The position numbers were made by a program, and so were the translations under genes. A model generated the notes under the pieces. It saw only the letters and a list, made by a program, of their open reading frames with translations. It had not been told where the DNA came from and searched no databases. Positions 42,560 through 54,940 of a DNA stretch of 64,000 nt are shown here, one piece after another. Each line of letters starts with the position of its first letter. The stretch's first letter is position 1. This DNA is from Pecten maximus (taxonomy: Eukaryota), in assembly GCF_902652985.1 (NCBI RefSeq), contig NC_047023.1:20150001-20214000 (forward strand). Reading direction: 5' to 3'.

Positions 42560-42745
42560 GACTACTGTACTATATTGTGCTGCACTACACTGTATTGCAC
42601 TGTCTCCACACTGCAATGTACTGCACTGAACTGCATTGTACTATATTGTATTGCAATTCGCTGTACTGTACTGCACTACACTGTACTGTGCTTTACTGTA
42701 GGGTATTGTACTGTAATGTAATACTGCATTGCACTGCATGGTACT
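42560..42745. repeat. Degenerate (ACTGT/ACTGC)n pentanucleotide microsatellite; paralogous copy at 51135-51290
   Basis: actgtactgcactac periodicity. Confidence 0.85.
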
Positions 42746-43059
42746 ATAAGTATATCGAAATAAGGAAAATCAATTTAGCATGCAAATTAACGTTCAGCAT
42801 ATCATACTTTGACATGAACAAGTGTGTAGATTTATACTGACGCAGGGCCTTTAGAGACATCAGCAGAAATGCATTTCTTTTGTCTTTGTCACAGTAGGAT
42901 CTGCTAATATAGCATATACCCGCTGGAACAAACTGTACCCTCTCTTAGTTGACTTTGTTTTGTTTCCATATGGACGGATTACAGACACTTTTTCACAGAC
43001 TTTATTTCAAAACTTTGCAAACCAAATTATATCAACTGATTGTAATCGCTGTTCTTTAC

Positions 43060-43225
43060 CAGGATTGGGGCCCGCGAGGGTCATATCGTAGGAGGAAAGC
43101 GGCGGAGTACCCGGGAAAATATTTGTCTGGTGACCTCCTGTACCTTTTCACATTCGATCAGATTTCTAACCTCGGTCGCCTAGGGAATGCTGAGTGTGTC
43201 ACCACTGAGACAGACAATCACCCTC
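43060..43225 (-). mobile_element. Degenerate V-SINE-like fragment; paralogous copy at ~51470-51642
   Basis: ggaggaaagcggcggagtacccgggaaaa is the reverse of the V-domain motif. Confidence 0.5.
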
Positions 43226-44534
43226 AACTGAACTGAAGGCACTGGATTCATGGAAGACATTTTTGTAACAAAAAAACTGGTCAGGTTGTTAAATTTCACC
43301 ATTAGACATATTTATGGTGTGTTATCCTAAACAACAATTTATTTATTTATAATCTAGATTGACAACATTCCACTAAGCTCCATGGTAAGTGTGATGATAT
43401 TGTCAGTTTCAATTTCTGGAGAGTAACATATCTGCTTCCCCAGAATTGGAAACTTTCAGCAGATTTTATATATGTTCATTATACATGTATAACGATCTTC
43501 GTTGACATGTCACAGAAAAAAGTTTCAACACTTGGTTTTTAATGATGCACAAGGGAAATATTGATGTCGACATCGTAATTTCTTTGGCGGGAAGTATTAC
43601 ATTATCTTCTGTGAAACGGAGTTCGAACTGTTCAGTGCCAGTTAAGATGCCTTTTTTTTTACTCAATGTAATAGCTGCGCTTAATGTAACAATTATCGCA
43701 TTAAGCAATACGACTATATATCTATTGCAATATAAAACATAAGCTAAATAAGCTAAGCAATCCCAATACATAATGTAATAATTATTACATGCTTGATGTA
43801 ATAATAATTACATTAGTTCTATTACAATAAGTGTTCCAGCATGACTGGTGTTCTCTACTCGGTATTTCGTGACAATAGCAAGTGTCTTGTAAGGAAGAGA
43901 AGACGGTCACTTACCTTGGACACTTGGTCGTTTTATCGTAGAATTTTTATGACTTCCGGTTCCATTTTAATAGTTCTATTTTGGAAACTAAACAATCATT
44001 TGCTACCGTATTTCTTTTTAACGATACTCTTAAATAGCAACATTATCACAAATCTTCGTACAAAACAAAAACAAACAAGCCAAGAGTAGATCACAGTTTG
44101 TTTCCAAAGTTATATCAGTAGTCTATTGGAAGGCCATGGTATTAAACTCAACAAAGATATTGACAAGAAATTCTCAAGATTTTATCCTCGGTGTGTTTGC
44201 CCTGAGCCTATGTCGTATTGGGAAACGAAATATGTTTCACTATAAATCACAACCACGTTATTGAAGGAAGCTCGTCATCACAAAGCTCGTAGAAAAAGAA
44301 ACATAATAATTCCCGAAAATGATTTGTTCATTTAAAATCAAATGATAAAAACCCAATGTGACATTTTATGCAGGAGTACAATGAGTACAGTTATATATGC
44401 AAACTTTCTAAACAATTGAGAAAAATCCCAGCTCACGTTAACGACGCTATAGGTGCATTGCTCATGTGTTGATATGTCAAGGGGAGTAACCTCCCTTTGT
44501 TTTCAAAGTATTCGTTTGTTGAGAGTCTCTTCTA

Positions 44535-44994
44535 AACGATGGCCGACAACAGCCTGGCAAAATGAAATGAAAAAACTGTAACACTTTTTTCAATGGTACA
44601 GTTTTTCATATCTTTTTGTACCATAGAAAAGTGTACCATGGTACAAAAGGATGTGAAAATTCAAATCATTTTGTACTATATGCGTAACAGAAAGATTATA
44701 AAATTCTTAGGAAAAAAATCACAGCTTACATTCATGTTTATGTACCAATAGCCGGTATCAGCTGGCAAAATGATGTGAAAGGTTTAATACCGCGTAACAC
44801 ATTTTTCATTTCGTTTTGTTCCATCTATGCTACAAAAAGAATTGAAAAAAGTGTACCATGAAATAAAACGTTAAAGTTTTTTTTTCATATCACTCTTAAC
44901 CATCTGTGGTACAAAAATATGTGAAAAAACTGTACCATAAAAAAGTGTTACAGTTTTTTCATTTCATTTTGCCAGGCTCTTGTCGGCCATCGTA
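44535..44994. mobile_element. 460-bp MITE with ~75-bp TIRs and 6-bp TSD (IS3EU-like TAY..RTA termini); only in the first duplication unit
   Basis: TIR cgatggccgacaacagcctggcaaaatgaaatgaaaaaactgtaacac / gtgttacagttttttcatttcattttgccaggctcttgtcggccatcgta. TSD cttcta at 44529-44534 and 44995-45000. Confidence 0.88.
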
Positions 44995-45589
44995 CTTCTA
45001 CATATAGTGCAGCACATTATCAGCTAAGAAATACGTAACGTACTTTTGTACATGTAGGTTCCCTGGTACAACATAAACTACAGATAGAAAACCTTATAAG
45101 TACAAAATATACCAATTGATATACCAATAAAATTACAAGTATAAATACTCGCATGATAACACAAGAATTGATATACCAAAAAAGTATTAATATATTGAGG
45201 AAAACACATTTACAGAATGTATAAATTAATATACGAATGACAACGATAGTACCAATATAGTAATGCAAACACAAGTATTAATATACCAATGAAAACACAG
45301 AAAATGAAGAATATACAACACACATCTACAGGACTAACATGTATATATTTACATTTACACTGCAGCCCGACTATATAACATTACCAAGCTCACTTGAAGG
45401 TTACGAGTCCATAACTTCCGAATCTTAATTATGACTCATTATTATAGTGACGTCATAATTGTCACGTCGATGATAACGAAGATGGCTGTTGAAAAGGTTG
45501 TTCGGTCTTTGAAGATAATAATTTGTTCATTCACCGCCGGAGCAAAATTACTGGATATAATCTTTAAAAATCCTTGTCAAATGTAAATA

Positions 45590-45749
45590 TAAGCATTGAA
45601 ATAATTTCATTTTAAAGTTATGGGCAGACGGATGCCAACTGGACAAAGACAAATTCAACATGAAGCGCTAGCGCGCTTCATTAAATTTGCCTTTGTCCAG
45701 TTGGCATTCATCGGCCCATAACTTCCAACTGAAAGCAGTTCAATGCTTA
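45590..45749. mobile_element. Long palindrome (hairpin-ended element, Crypton-like by inference)
   Basis: taagcattgaa...gttatggg..gatgccaactggacaaag / ctttgtccagttggcattc..cccataac...ttcaatgctta. Confidence 0.6.
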
Positions 45750-46051
45750 AATAGATACACTGGTATGCCGTGTGATTGTATTTAGGAATAAGTTGATGGT
45801 GGATTTTCTCGACTGATTTTGATAAATCCTATTCCCTGGTATAATATAAACTGATTGATATTTGCTGACTAGTGGTTCCGTTATCACCACGACGAATCTC
45901 ATTTTGATGAAGACCACGGGAAAATTCTATGGTTGACATCATTTGGAAATAATCTATTTCCTTGTGTGGTATGAGTTCAGATATCGTTGATGCCTGTGGA
46001 TATGCCTCGAGGGTCCGTTTTTACCTCCCTAATCAAATTTGATGTAGATAG

Positions 46052-46367
46052 GTATGGCGGGTGTCGTCGTGACCTAGATTTGTATGGCGGGTGTTGTCAT
46101 GACCTAGATTTGTAAGGCGGATGTCGTCGTGACCTAGATTTTTAAGGCGGGTGGCGTCGTGACCTAGATTTGTATGGCGGGTGTCGTCGTGACCTAGATT
46201 TGTAAGGCGGGTGTCGTAATGACCTAGATTTGTATGGCGGGTGTCGTCGTGACTTAGATTTGTATGCGGGTGTCGTCGTGAACTAGATTTGTATGGCGGG
46301 TGTCGTCGTGACCTAGATTTGTAAGGCAGGTGTCGTCGTGACCTAGATATGTATGGCGGGTGTCGTT
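46052..46367. repeat. 30-bp minisatellite, ~10 copies
   Basis: Unit gtatggcgggtgtcgtcgtgacctagattt. Confidence 0.95.
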
Positions 46368-47951
46368 GATGAAACAGAAGACGCTTACTCTACCGGGGGA
46401 TCTGGTCTTACATGAGTCTACATACAAATATGTATCATGTTTTAGTTATGCCCTCGTTTAGTCGATTTTGAGATAAAATATGGTTTCGTTATCATGTCGG
46501 TATCATTTGTTGTTTTCGAGGAAGTGGCATTACCAGGATTTGACCAAGCCTTACATTGAGGGACAACGTCAATGAAGCAGCAGACGCCTTCCTTTCCATT
46601 TCATATTGATATCCTGGTTCCAAATGGCATTATTATACATATAAGTTTTGATGATATTTCACCCATGTTGTCAGAATCATGGTTTTGTTTAACTGACCGA
46701 ATTTTTATCATGTTTTGTGTCTGTAATCTATTGTCAATTTTATTTCTGTATTCATGATGATATGAATGTATTGTATTTTGCGATACATCTCTCAGGATAC
46801 AAGTAGCACAACGTAGATACTAGCACATAGGAATTAGATTTCTACTTAATTTGTAACACGTCACTACAAGTTCCATTTCTGATATAGTTATACCAGCATG
46901 TTTGTAAAGAATTTTTTGATATACCCTGAGGATTACATTGATAAAAAATACTGCTAGCATTTGAGGATATGTTGTATTTTGTTATTCATCAACATGGTTG
47001 ATGGAGTTATTTCCCTTGATGTGTGTCTTCATTGCAATATAACAACCGCCGTTTAGTAGTACTTTCTTGATAATGTCCACTTTAATGATTCTTAAACACA
47101 ACGTCCAGAAACCTACTGACAAATAGTTCTCGTATTTGTGATAACTGGACATTCTATTGATGATGTGATTAAATTAATGTAACTTCAATAGTTTGTGCAT
47201 TCGTTTGTTTGAGGTTGATACATGATACGTGAAAAATGATAGGTCAAAAATATTTTAAATTATGCTACTTCATTTTCATTTGTCATTTGAACCAACATAA
47301 ACTTTCAAAAACTACAGAAGTATTTTTACTAGATTTTCTACGTCTAAATAAAACATGAATGATTCCATTCATATACTAGATAAATTCCACAAAGCAACAT
47401 TGTTTTAGTCTTTATAAAGGTGCATCATACATATTTTAATTTCCCGCTGACAATTCAATGCCCTTTGATGTGTGAGAGAAGGCCGGCGAGACATGTTTGA
47501 CATCTACCACATGAAAGAAAACAGTGTTGCAAATATGGGTCAGCGCTTCACGAACATTTCACAACTCAAGTGCTACCCTTTCCGTTCTAGACCGTATAAC
47601 GCAATCTACATACTTCTTTATTTCTGTCACCAAGACAATTGTGACGTAAATTGCTTACTCTATATGCAAATCAATAGTTCACGCGAAGATGCTGACCCGA
47701 ACATGATCCTAAAAAGGACTGCAGTGTACCACGCAAATACGACATGGCATGCGTATCCACGCGTTTTGTAAACAAAGAGGCGTGGTTGACCTTTGACATC
47801 CCCTTATTTGGCGTCTAACTTCCGGAATGCAGAAACAATCTTTTGATCGCAATTTTTGAATGCCTGTAGTATTTATAGATATGAAGTATTGTTCATCTAT
47901 TCATATCCCATCCCATATTACTCATTGGAAGCTAGTTATTTGTCCATCAGG

Positions 47952-47959
47952 TATATAAG
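47952..47959 (+). promoter_or_regulatory. TATA box of gene D
   Basis: TATATAAG, paralogous to 39197. Confidence 0.65.
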
Positions 47960-48098
47960 TATCCCTGATTCCAATCTTCCTCACATCAGCGATCGTCTCA
48001 GCCACCAGCACATCTGCTCAATTATATCGCACTAGACATTTTCCACGCTGCTATTAGACATACTATACCATTGTCACCATACGCAAAGGATAGCGAAA

Positions 48099-50260
48099 AT
48101 GTTTATTCCATTTTTTATTTTATCATTGGTAAGTAAAAAGATTTTAGAAAAACATGATTTTTTTGGATATAACGGCATTATTTATGATATCATCTAATGA
48201 TATTGAAAAACATGAAGAACTGATAGGAATGTAAACTAATGTCAATTTTAAATCATTTCTCGATATATAAGTGCTAAACAATGTGCTCAATATCAATTCG
48301 TAAATATCTGGGTAAATATTAAATATATTTTGACATAGAATAAGTGTATTTTTAACACCTGATTGTTTTGAATAACATATATTATTCATAGTTTCTTTAT
48401 ATTTTTTCAGATATCTGTTGCTGTTGCTGCTCCAATGGCTACAGAAGAACCAGTCGACGTTTTAAAATGTAAGTTTGATCTATAATTATATTGGATGCAT
48501 CTTAATTATTTCAGAAATTAGTTTTATTGTCATTTACACGAAAATAGTCTTACTTTAAATAAACAACTAACAAAAACACCGTTATACGATGTTTACAAAT
48601 TAACTTATCTATTTCATTTGGATTTCAGTTTGCCATGGGAAGCCTGCCGATATTTTCTTTCTACTAGATAGCTCCTCAAGCATATGGATCGTACACTACC
48701 GGAAACAACTCAAGTTCATACAGGACCTCGTCGCCACATTCCCTATCTCCCAGACCGACACAAGAATTGGTGTTGGTATATTCTCCCACCTTTACCAGAC
48801 GCAAATATCATTCGGAGATTTTGATAACGTGGATGACCTTCAAAACAGGATAAAAAGAATACCTCATATGTTGGGAAGCACTTACACAGGACGAGCATTA
48901 GGAAAGGTCCGGAATGAGTTTGTCAGGAAGGCCAGGCCAGGTGTGGCACACGTTGCTGTGATCCTCACCGACGGGGTGTCAAGAAACGTGATCTCGACCT
49001 TTAACCAAGCTCGACTCCTAAAGGACCAAGGGGTTTACGTGTTCGCAATAGGGATTGGCAAAGGACCAAATATGAAAGAGCTTCAAGCCATTGGAAGCAA
49101 ACCTAGTGATGAGTTCGTCTTCAAAGTTGCAAGTTTCAACATACTGGAATCTATCAAGGACAAACTTGCCATGAAAGTCTGTAGAGGTGAGGAAATCTTC
49201 TTTAAAATAATTCTATGACATTTATATCAAATGGTAACTATGATCGTATCCATGTGATTAAAAAATAAAATATTCAATATTGTGAAGTCTTCCGTCAAAA
49301 ATCGAATTTAAAACATCACCGGGATTTCAATTTTTGTTTACTTTTTTTTGGGGAATAACAGAGTGTGTGTTTTTAATACAAACAATATTTTTTGATATTT
49401 TTTGTTGTAGTTCCCAAATATCAAGCCTATTGTAGCGCAGAAGTAGAGACTGATGTGATGTTCGCCTATGATTTTGCATCCATGGGAACAAAGAATGTGC
49501 GACACGCACATAACTTCATTAGTGACGTTGTGGGGAAATTTGGAAACATGGCTGAAGGAATGGTAAGAGCAGGGATGCTTTCTGGATTTTGTGAAAACAG
49601 TCGAATTGACCTCAACCAGTACAATAATAAAGCGGAAATGTCCAGCGCTGTCCGTAACACCGAGGTTAGAGGTCTGGACAACATCGTTGAAGAACTCCAT
49701 CGCAACAGTTACAACATATCCAGGGGAGGACGGGAAACGCAAGAAAAATGGCCGTTCTTTTTGTGGATGACTCTGTAGAAAAATTCGATCAACTTATTGT
49801 TCAGTCGGAAATAGCGAAGACCGCAGGAATCAAAGTGTATGTTGTGGGCGTTGGGAACGTTGATGAGGAAATCCTGAGTACCATCTGCTCAAGTCCTCCA
49901 GAAAACCACCTGATGCGAGTATCTTCATACAATGACCTGGATTCTATTGCAGAGCAATACTCCGAAATGTTCTGTGAAGGTGAGAACTTTATATAATGTC
50001 GAACGTCTTACGCTTGCTCACAAGCAGAATATATTTTGACATAAAAATGCTTGTTTAAATTTTCTTTTTATGAAGAATAATATGTCCGTTCTGTGCACGC
50101 TTCAAAATTAAATATATATCAGATGTTATATAAATAATTTATATAATCAGCAAAATGCACTTAAACTTCCCAAAAAAGTTTATCAGAGGTTTTTATTAAC
50201 ATCAAAAAATAAAGTTATGTTTATTTTTCAGAAATGTCCGTTTTACCCGACTATGAATAA
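48099..50260 (+). CDS. Gene D: near-identical duplicate of gene C, secreted double-vWA protein, with a 1-nt frameshift at ~49732-49734
   Basis: Exons 48099-48128, 48411-48468, 48629-49186, 49411-49979 (569 nt), 50232-50260; cggg here vs cgggg in gene C. Confidence 0.85.
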
Positions 50261-51896
50261 CCTGATCACACAAGAAAAGGGAATAAATGAACTTATCCAG
50301 CAAAGTTCCACCACTTGGACATCAAAAATGGGCGGAATGGGATATAAGTACTTAACTTTACTGACTATCGGCATAAGACTGAAAAGGATATCAGAACTAG
50401 ACTGTAATGACAATCGGTATAGGACTGAATAAGAATTGGACGTAGCTGGTCATCGGCATTTGCGGGAATAGGATAGCAGAGCTGGGCATCCTCTATAATG
50501 TGCCAATTGAACATCGGAACTTTGCAAAATAGTACATTGTCACTTGAAAATACCAAACATCTTTGATGGACAGTAATGTATTGGAGTTTTAAACTTTGTG
50601 GTCATTGTTGTATGATTGAAGATATTTGGTTTATGACTTGGTACCGATGTTTTATCAAGACAACGAAACGATGGATAATTATTTATCTAGATGTAAAAGG
50701 AAACTCGCGTTAATTGAATAGATATGAATACAGGTTCTCTACAGCGAGAGAAACTTGATTAATTATTATCATTGCTTTATCATATCAGTCATTATAAGTC
50801 ATTATGATTAATATCTATAAAAAAGGCAAGAGGTCGCGTTGAAATATTATTCATTAATGCAAGTATTTTGAATTACAACGCCTTGATTATTTATCATTAT
50901 TGAGGCATGCAATGCTGAAACATTCTTTTAAATACCACATTGTACCAACAAAGCAACACATATTTTACTATTTAAGTATGTACATTTTCATACGGACTTG
51001 TTAAACTTTACATTTGTTAAGTTTTTGTTTTTGATATATTAAATAAAATATTGACCAAACTGTGTGTTATTCTGATGTAATAAGATGGCGGGTTCTCTAA
51101 GAGTGAGCACAAGAATGAATGAAGCGTGTCCAGACTACTGTATTGTATTGTACTGTATTATGCTATACAACTGTACTACGCTACACTGTATTGCACTGCG
51201 CTGTACTGTACTGTACTGCACTGCATTGCACTGCAATGAACTGCAAAACATCATACTGCACTGTACTGTGATTTACTGTACTGTAATATAATAATACACT
51301 GACTGTCAGCGGTAGCATATGCGAATATAGCATATAACCGCTGGACAAACGGTACCCTCTCTGTGTTTACTTGGTTGTGTTTCCTTATGGACGGATTACA
51401 GAACTTTGTAACAGATCTTATTTCAAAACCGCTGCAAAACAAACTAAATCAACTTATGGTAATCACCGTTGTTGGCTAGGATTGAGGACCGCGATTGTGA
51501 TATGGTAGGAGGATCGTAGAGTACTCAGAGAAATATTTGCCGGGCAGGTGACCGCTTGTACCTTTTCCCATTCGATCGGGAAATCTAACCTCGGTCGCCT
51601 AGGGAATGCTGAGTGTGTCACCACTGAGACAGCCAATCACCCTCAACTGAACTGAAGGCACTGGATTCATGGAAGACATTTTTGTAACAAAAACCTCGTG
51701 AAGTTGTTAACTCTCCTCATAAGACATATTTATGCCGTGTTGTCCTTAATAACAATTCATTTATTGATAACCTAAATCGAGAATATAACACTAAGTGTGA
51801 TGATATTATCAGTTTCAATTTCTGGATATTAACATATCTCATTCCCCAAAATCAGAATATCACAGCGGATTTTATACATATTATTATTATAACGAT

Positions 51897-52979
51897 ATTA
51901 GTATTGGTGGACACTCTGTTTTCTATAAATACTGGTTTAGGAAGGGTGTTCAAGTAGTTAATGATGTGTTAAAAGATTCGAATACTCTTTCTTTTCATAC
52001 ATTCAACGAATTTACTCAGAAATACAATATACAAACAAACTTTCTTAAATATCAGGGTGTTATTAATTCTATCCGTAAAAACTTCCATTTACAGGAGATC
52101 ATGGATAAAGACCTGATATTACCATATATTCCACATAATATATATTTATTTCTCAAATCACAACAGGACAATAAAATTATATATAAAAGTCTTTCAAAAA
52201 ATACAGGAAAAAAAAGTGGAATGAAGTGTTTGATTTTACAGATTCAACATGGGCAAATATCTTTTCCATACCTTTTAAAGTAACAAATAACTCAAAACTT
52301 CAGTGGTTTCAATTGAGAATCTTGCACAATATTTTAACTCTAAATTCAGTTCTTTTTAAAGCAAACATTGTTACAAGTCCGTTGTGTACTTTTTGTAAAT
52401 TGCACCCTGAAACAATAATTCATATTTTTTGGGAATGTGAAAAAGTTCAGTTCTTTTTGCAAAGTTTTGAATCACTTCTCGATGCACTAGTTATCCCGTT
52501 CACTTACAATAAAGAATCATTTATTTTTGGATTTTTGCCACTTGGAAAGTATAACAGTATTGATAATGAAATTACCATGGTTATTAAGCATTACATATAT
52601 AAAACCAGATGTTCCAGTAGCTCTTTAAATGTACATGCATTAATAAATGTAATTAAGGACCACCACAATCTGAAAAAATATATAGCAACATCAAAGGGAG
52701 TTTGTTTTCTTGAAAAGTTTAATCTGGATTGGAATAAATAGAAAAACATATTATCTATTTAAGACCTCTAAAAGCTTAAAAAGTGTTTATTTTCTGTTTT
52801 ATCAATATGTATGTTTATTCTATTGATTTATGTGTTTTTTGTTTTGTTTTTCCCCCCTCCATTTTGACCCTGACAGTCTGTCCCAGGACTCTTCATTTTT
52901 AAAATTAGTATTATGAAATTTCGAGTTATAGTAATTTTAATAATCTGTCAATTGTTGTTATTAGTCTTATTATAAGTCC

Positions 52980-53054
<75 letters not shown>

Positions 53055-53134
53055 AAGCAACATATGAATGAGATTTAAGATCGATGTATTTGAATGATGA
53101 TGATGATGATGATGTGTTTGGATGAAAGATGATA

Positions 53135-53185
<51 letters not shown>

Positions 53186-53271
53186 GGAAGGGAATTGAAT
53201 GAGTTATTTTATTATGTACATCATATGTTGTTGATGAAAATGCTTTAAAAATAAAAAATTACAAAAAAAAA
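51897..53271 (+). mobile_element. 5'-truncated L1/Tx1-clade LINE (ORF2 C-terminus with zf-RVT-like CxxC..H..C motif), poly-A tail, 14-bp TSD
   Basis: Translations IGGHSVFYKYWFRKGV, KLQWFQLRILHNIL, CTFCKLHPETIIHIFWEC. aataaa followed by an A-tail. TSD attattataacgat at 51883-51896 and 53272-53285. The empty site is at ~43485-43500 in the other duplication unit. Confidence 0.9.
52983..53182. repeat. (CT)n and (GAT)n microsatellites in the LINE 3' UTR
   Basis: (CT)n 52983-53049; (GAT)n ~53094-53182. Confidence 0.95.
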
Positions 53272-54589
53272 ATTATTATAACGATTTCCGTCAATAAAGT
53301 ACAGAGAAAGTTACAACACAAGGTTTTTAATGATGCATGTTGTGGAATACAAGGGAATTCTTATATCGAAATCGTAATTTCTTCAGGAAGAATTACATTT
53401 CTTTTCGTGAAATGGAGTTGGAAGTGTTCAATGTCAGTTAAGATGCCTTATTGCAGCTCGTAATGTAATAACAGCGCCTAATGTAATAATTATAGCATTA
53501 AGCGTTGGGACAATTACGCCTTTTTGTTAAAAATATAACACTCAGCAATGCTATTACAATAAAAAATTCAGCATAACTGATGTTCACCATTCGGTATTTG
53601 GTAGCAATAGCGGATGTCCTCTATGAAACTGAAGACGTTCACTCACCTTTTCTCCTAGTATTTTAATAACCTCCGGTTCCAGATAAATTGCTTAATAGGT
53701 CTACTTTGAAAACTAAAAAATCATTTGGTATAATATTTCTTGTTAAATACTACTCTTACGTAGCAACACTGGTGCAAAGCTTCGTACAAAACAAAAACAA
53801 ACGTATGAAGAGTAGATCACAATTTGTTCCCAAGGGTAGGTCAGTAGTCAAAGATAATGATGACAAGGAATTCTCACGATTTTATCCTCGGTGTGTTTGC
53901 TCTTGGCCTCAGTCGAATGGGGCAACGCAATATCCTTCACTTTAGTTCACAACCACGTACTTGAAGGAAGCTCGTCATTACAAAGCTAATCATTGTAGAA
54001 AAACAGATAAGATCTAATAATTCCTGAAAACGATATTCTTTAAAAACGCATTATGAAAATTCGATGTAACCTTATACTCAAGAGTACAATAACATGTAGA
54101 TATACAAACTTTATAAACAAAGTGAACAAAATATCTTCTCACATAAACTACACTACAAGTATATTGCTCATGTGTTGATATGTCTAGGGGAGTAATATCC
54201 CTTTGTTTTGAAAATATTATATTGCTGAGAGTCTCTCCGATGTCTATTTCAAATACCGTCTCGAGACAATACACTACAGGAACTTCAGTGGTTACGTAAA
54301 ACCTCCTCAATCTAATTTGACGTTTGTTTTTCGTTGCTGTTTTTGTTAATTGGCAAATACTTAGGTTAATGTATAAGGTGGCAGCACACGTAACGATGAA
54401 AACACGTTAACATTATGTACATCAGTGTCACTAGAGAGGAACGTGTTTTTCCCATTACCATTAGCACAAAGGGTAATCTCAGATACTAAGTACAACACAT
54501 TATCAGTTAATATATACACAATATGGGTTCACGGGTACAACGTATACTAGAGTGACAAGAACATAAAAACAAATTATTCTTATGAAAAG

Positions 54590-54940
54590 TATAATTATAC
54601 CAATTAAAACACAAGTATAAATTTACCAGTGAAAAAAGTATGAATATACCAATGAAAACATGAAAACACAAGCATAAATATACCAGTGAAAAAACTATGA
54701 ATACACCAATGTAAACACAAGTATAAATATACCAATTAAAATACAAGTATAAATACACCAATGAAAACAGAAGTATAAATATACCAATTAAAATACAAGT
54801 ATAAATACACCAATGAAAACAGAAGTATAAATATACCAATTAAAATACAAGTATAAATACACCAATGAAAACAGAAGTATAAATATACCAATTAAAATAC
54901 AAGTATAAATAGACCAATGAAAACAGATGTATAAATACAA
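54590..54940. repeat. 26-bp minisatellite with alternating variants (52-bp higher-order unit)
   Basis: gtataaatataccaattaaaatacaa / gtataaatacaccaatgaaaacagaa. Confidence 0.9.

Noticed and set aside
38723-47771. Paralogous ~97-99-aa ORFs upstream of genes C and D (38723-39016, 47472-47771)
   Set aside because: Non-ATG starts, no recognisable domain and many non-conservative differences; better explained as duplicated promoter DNA
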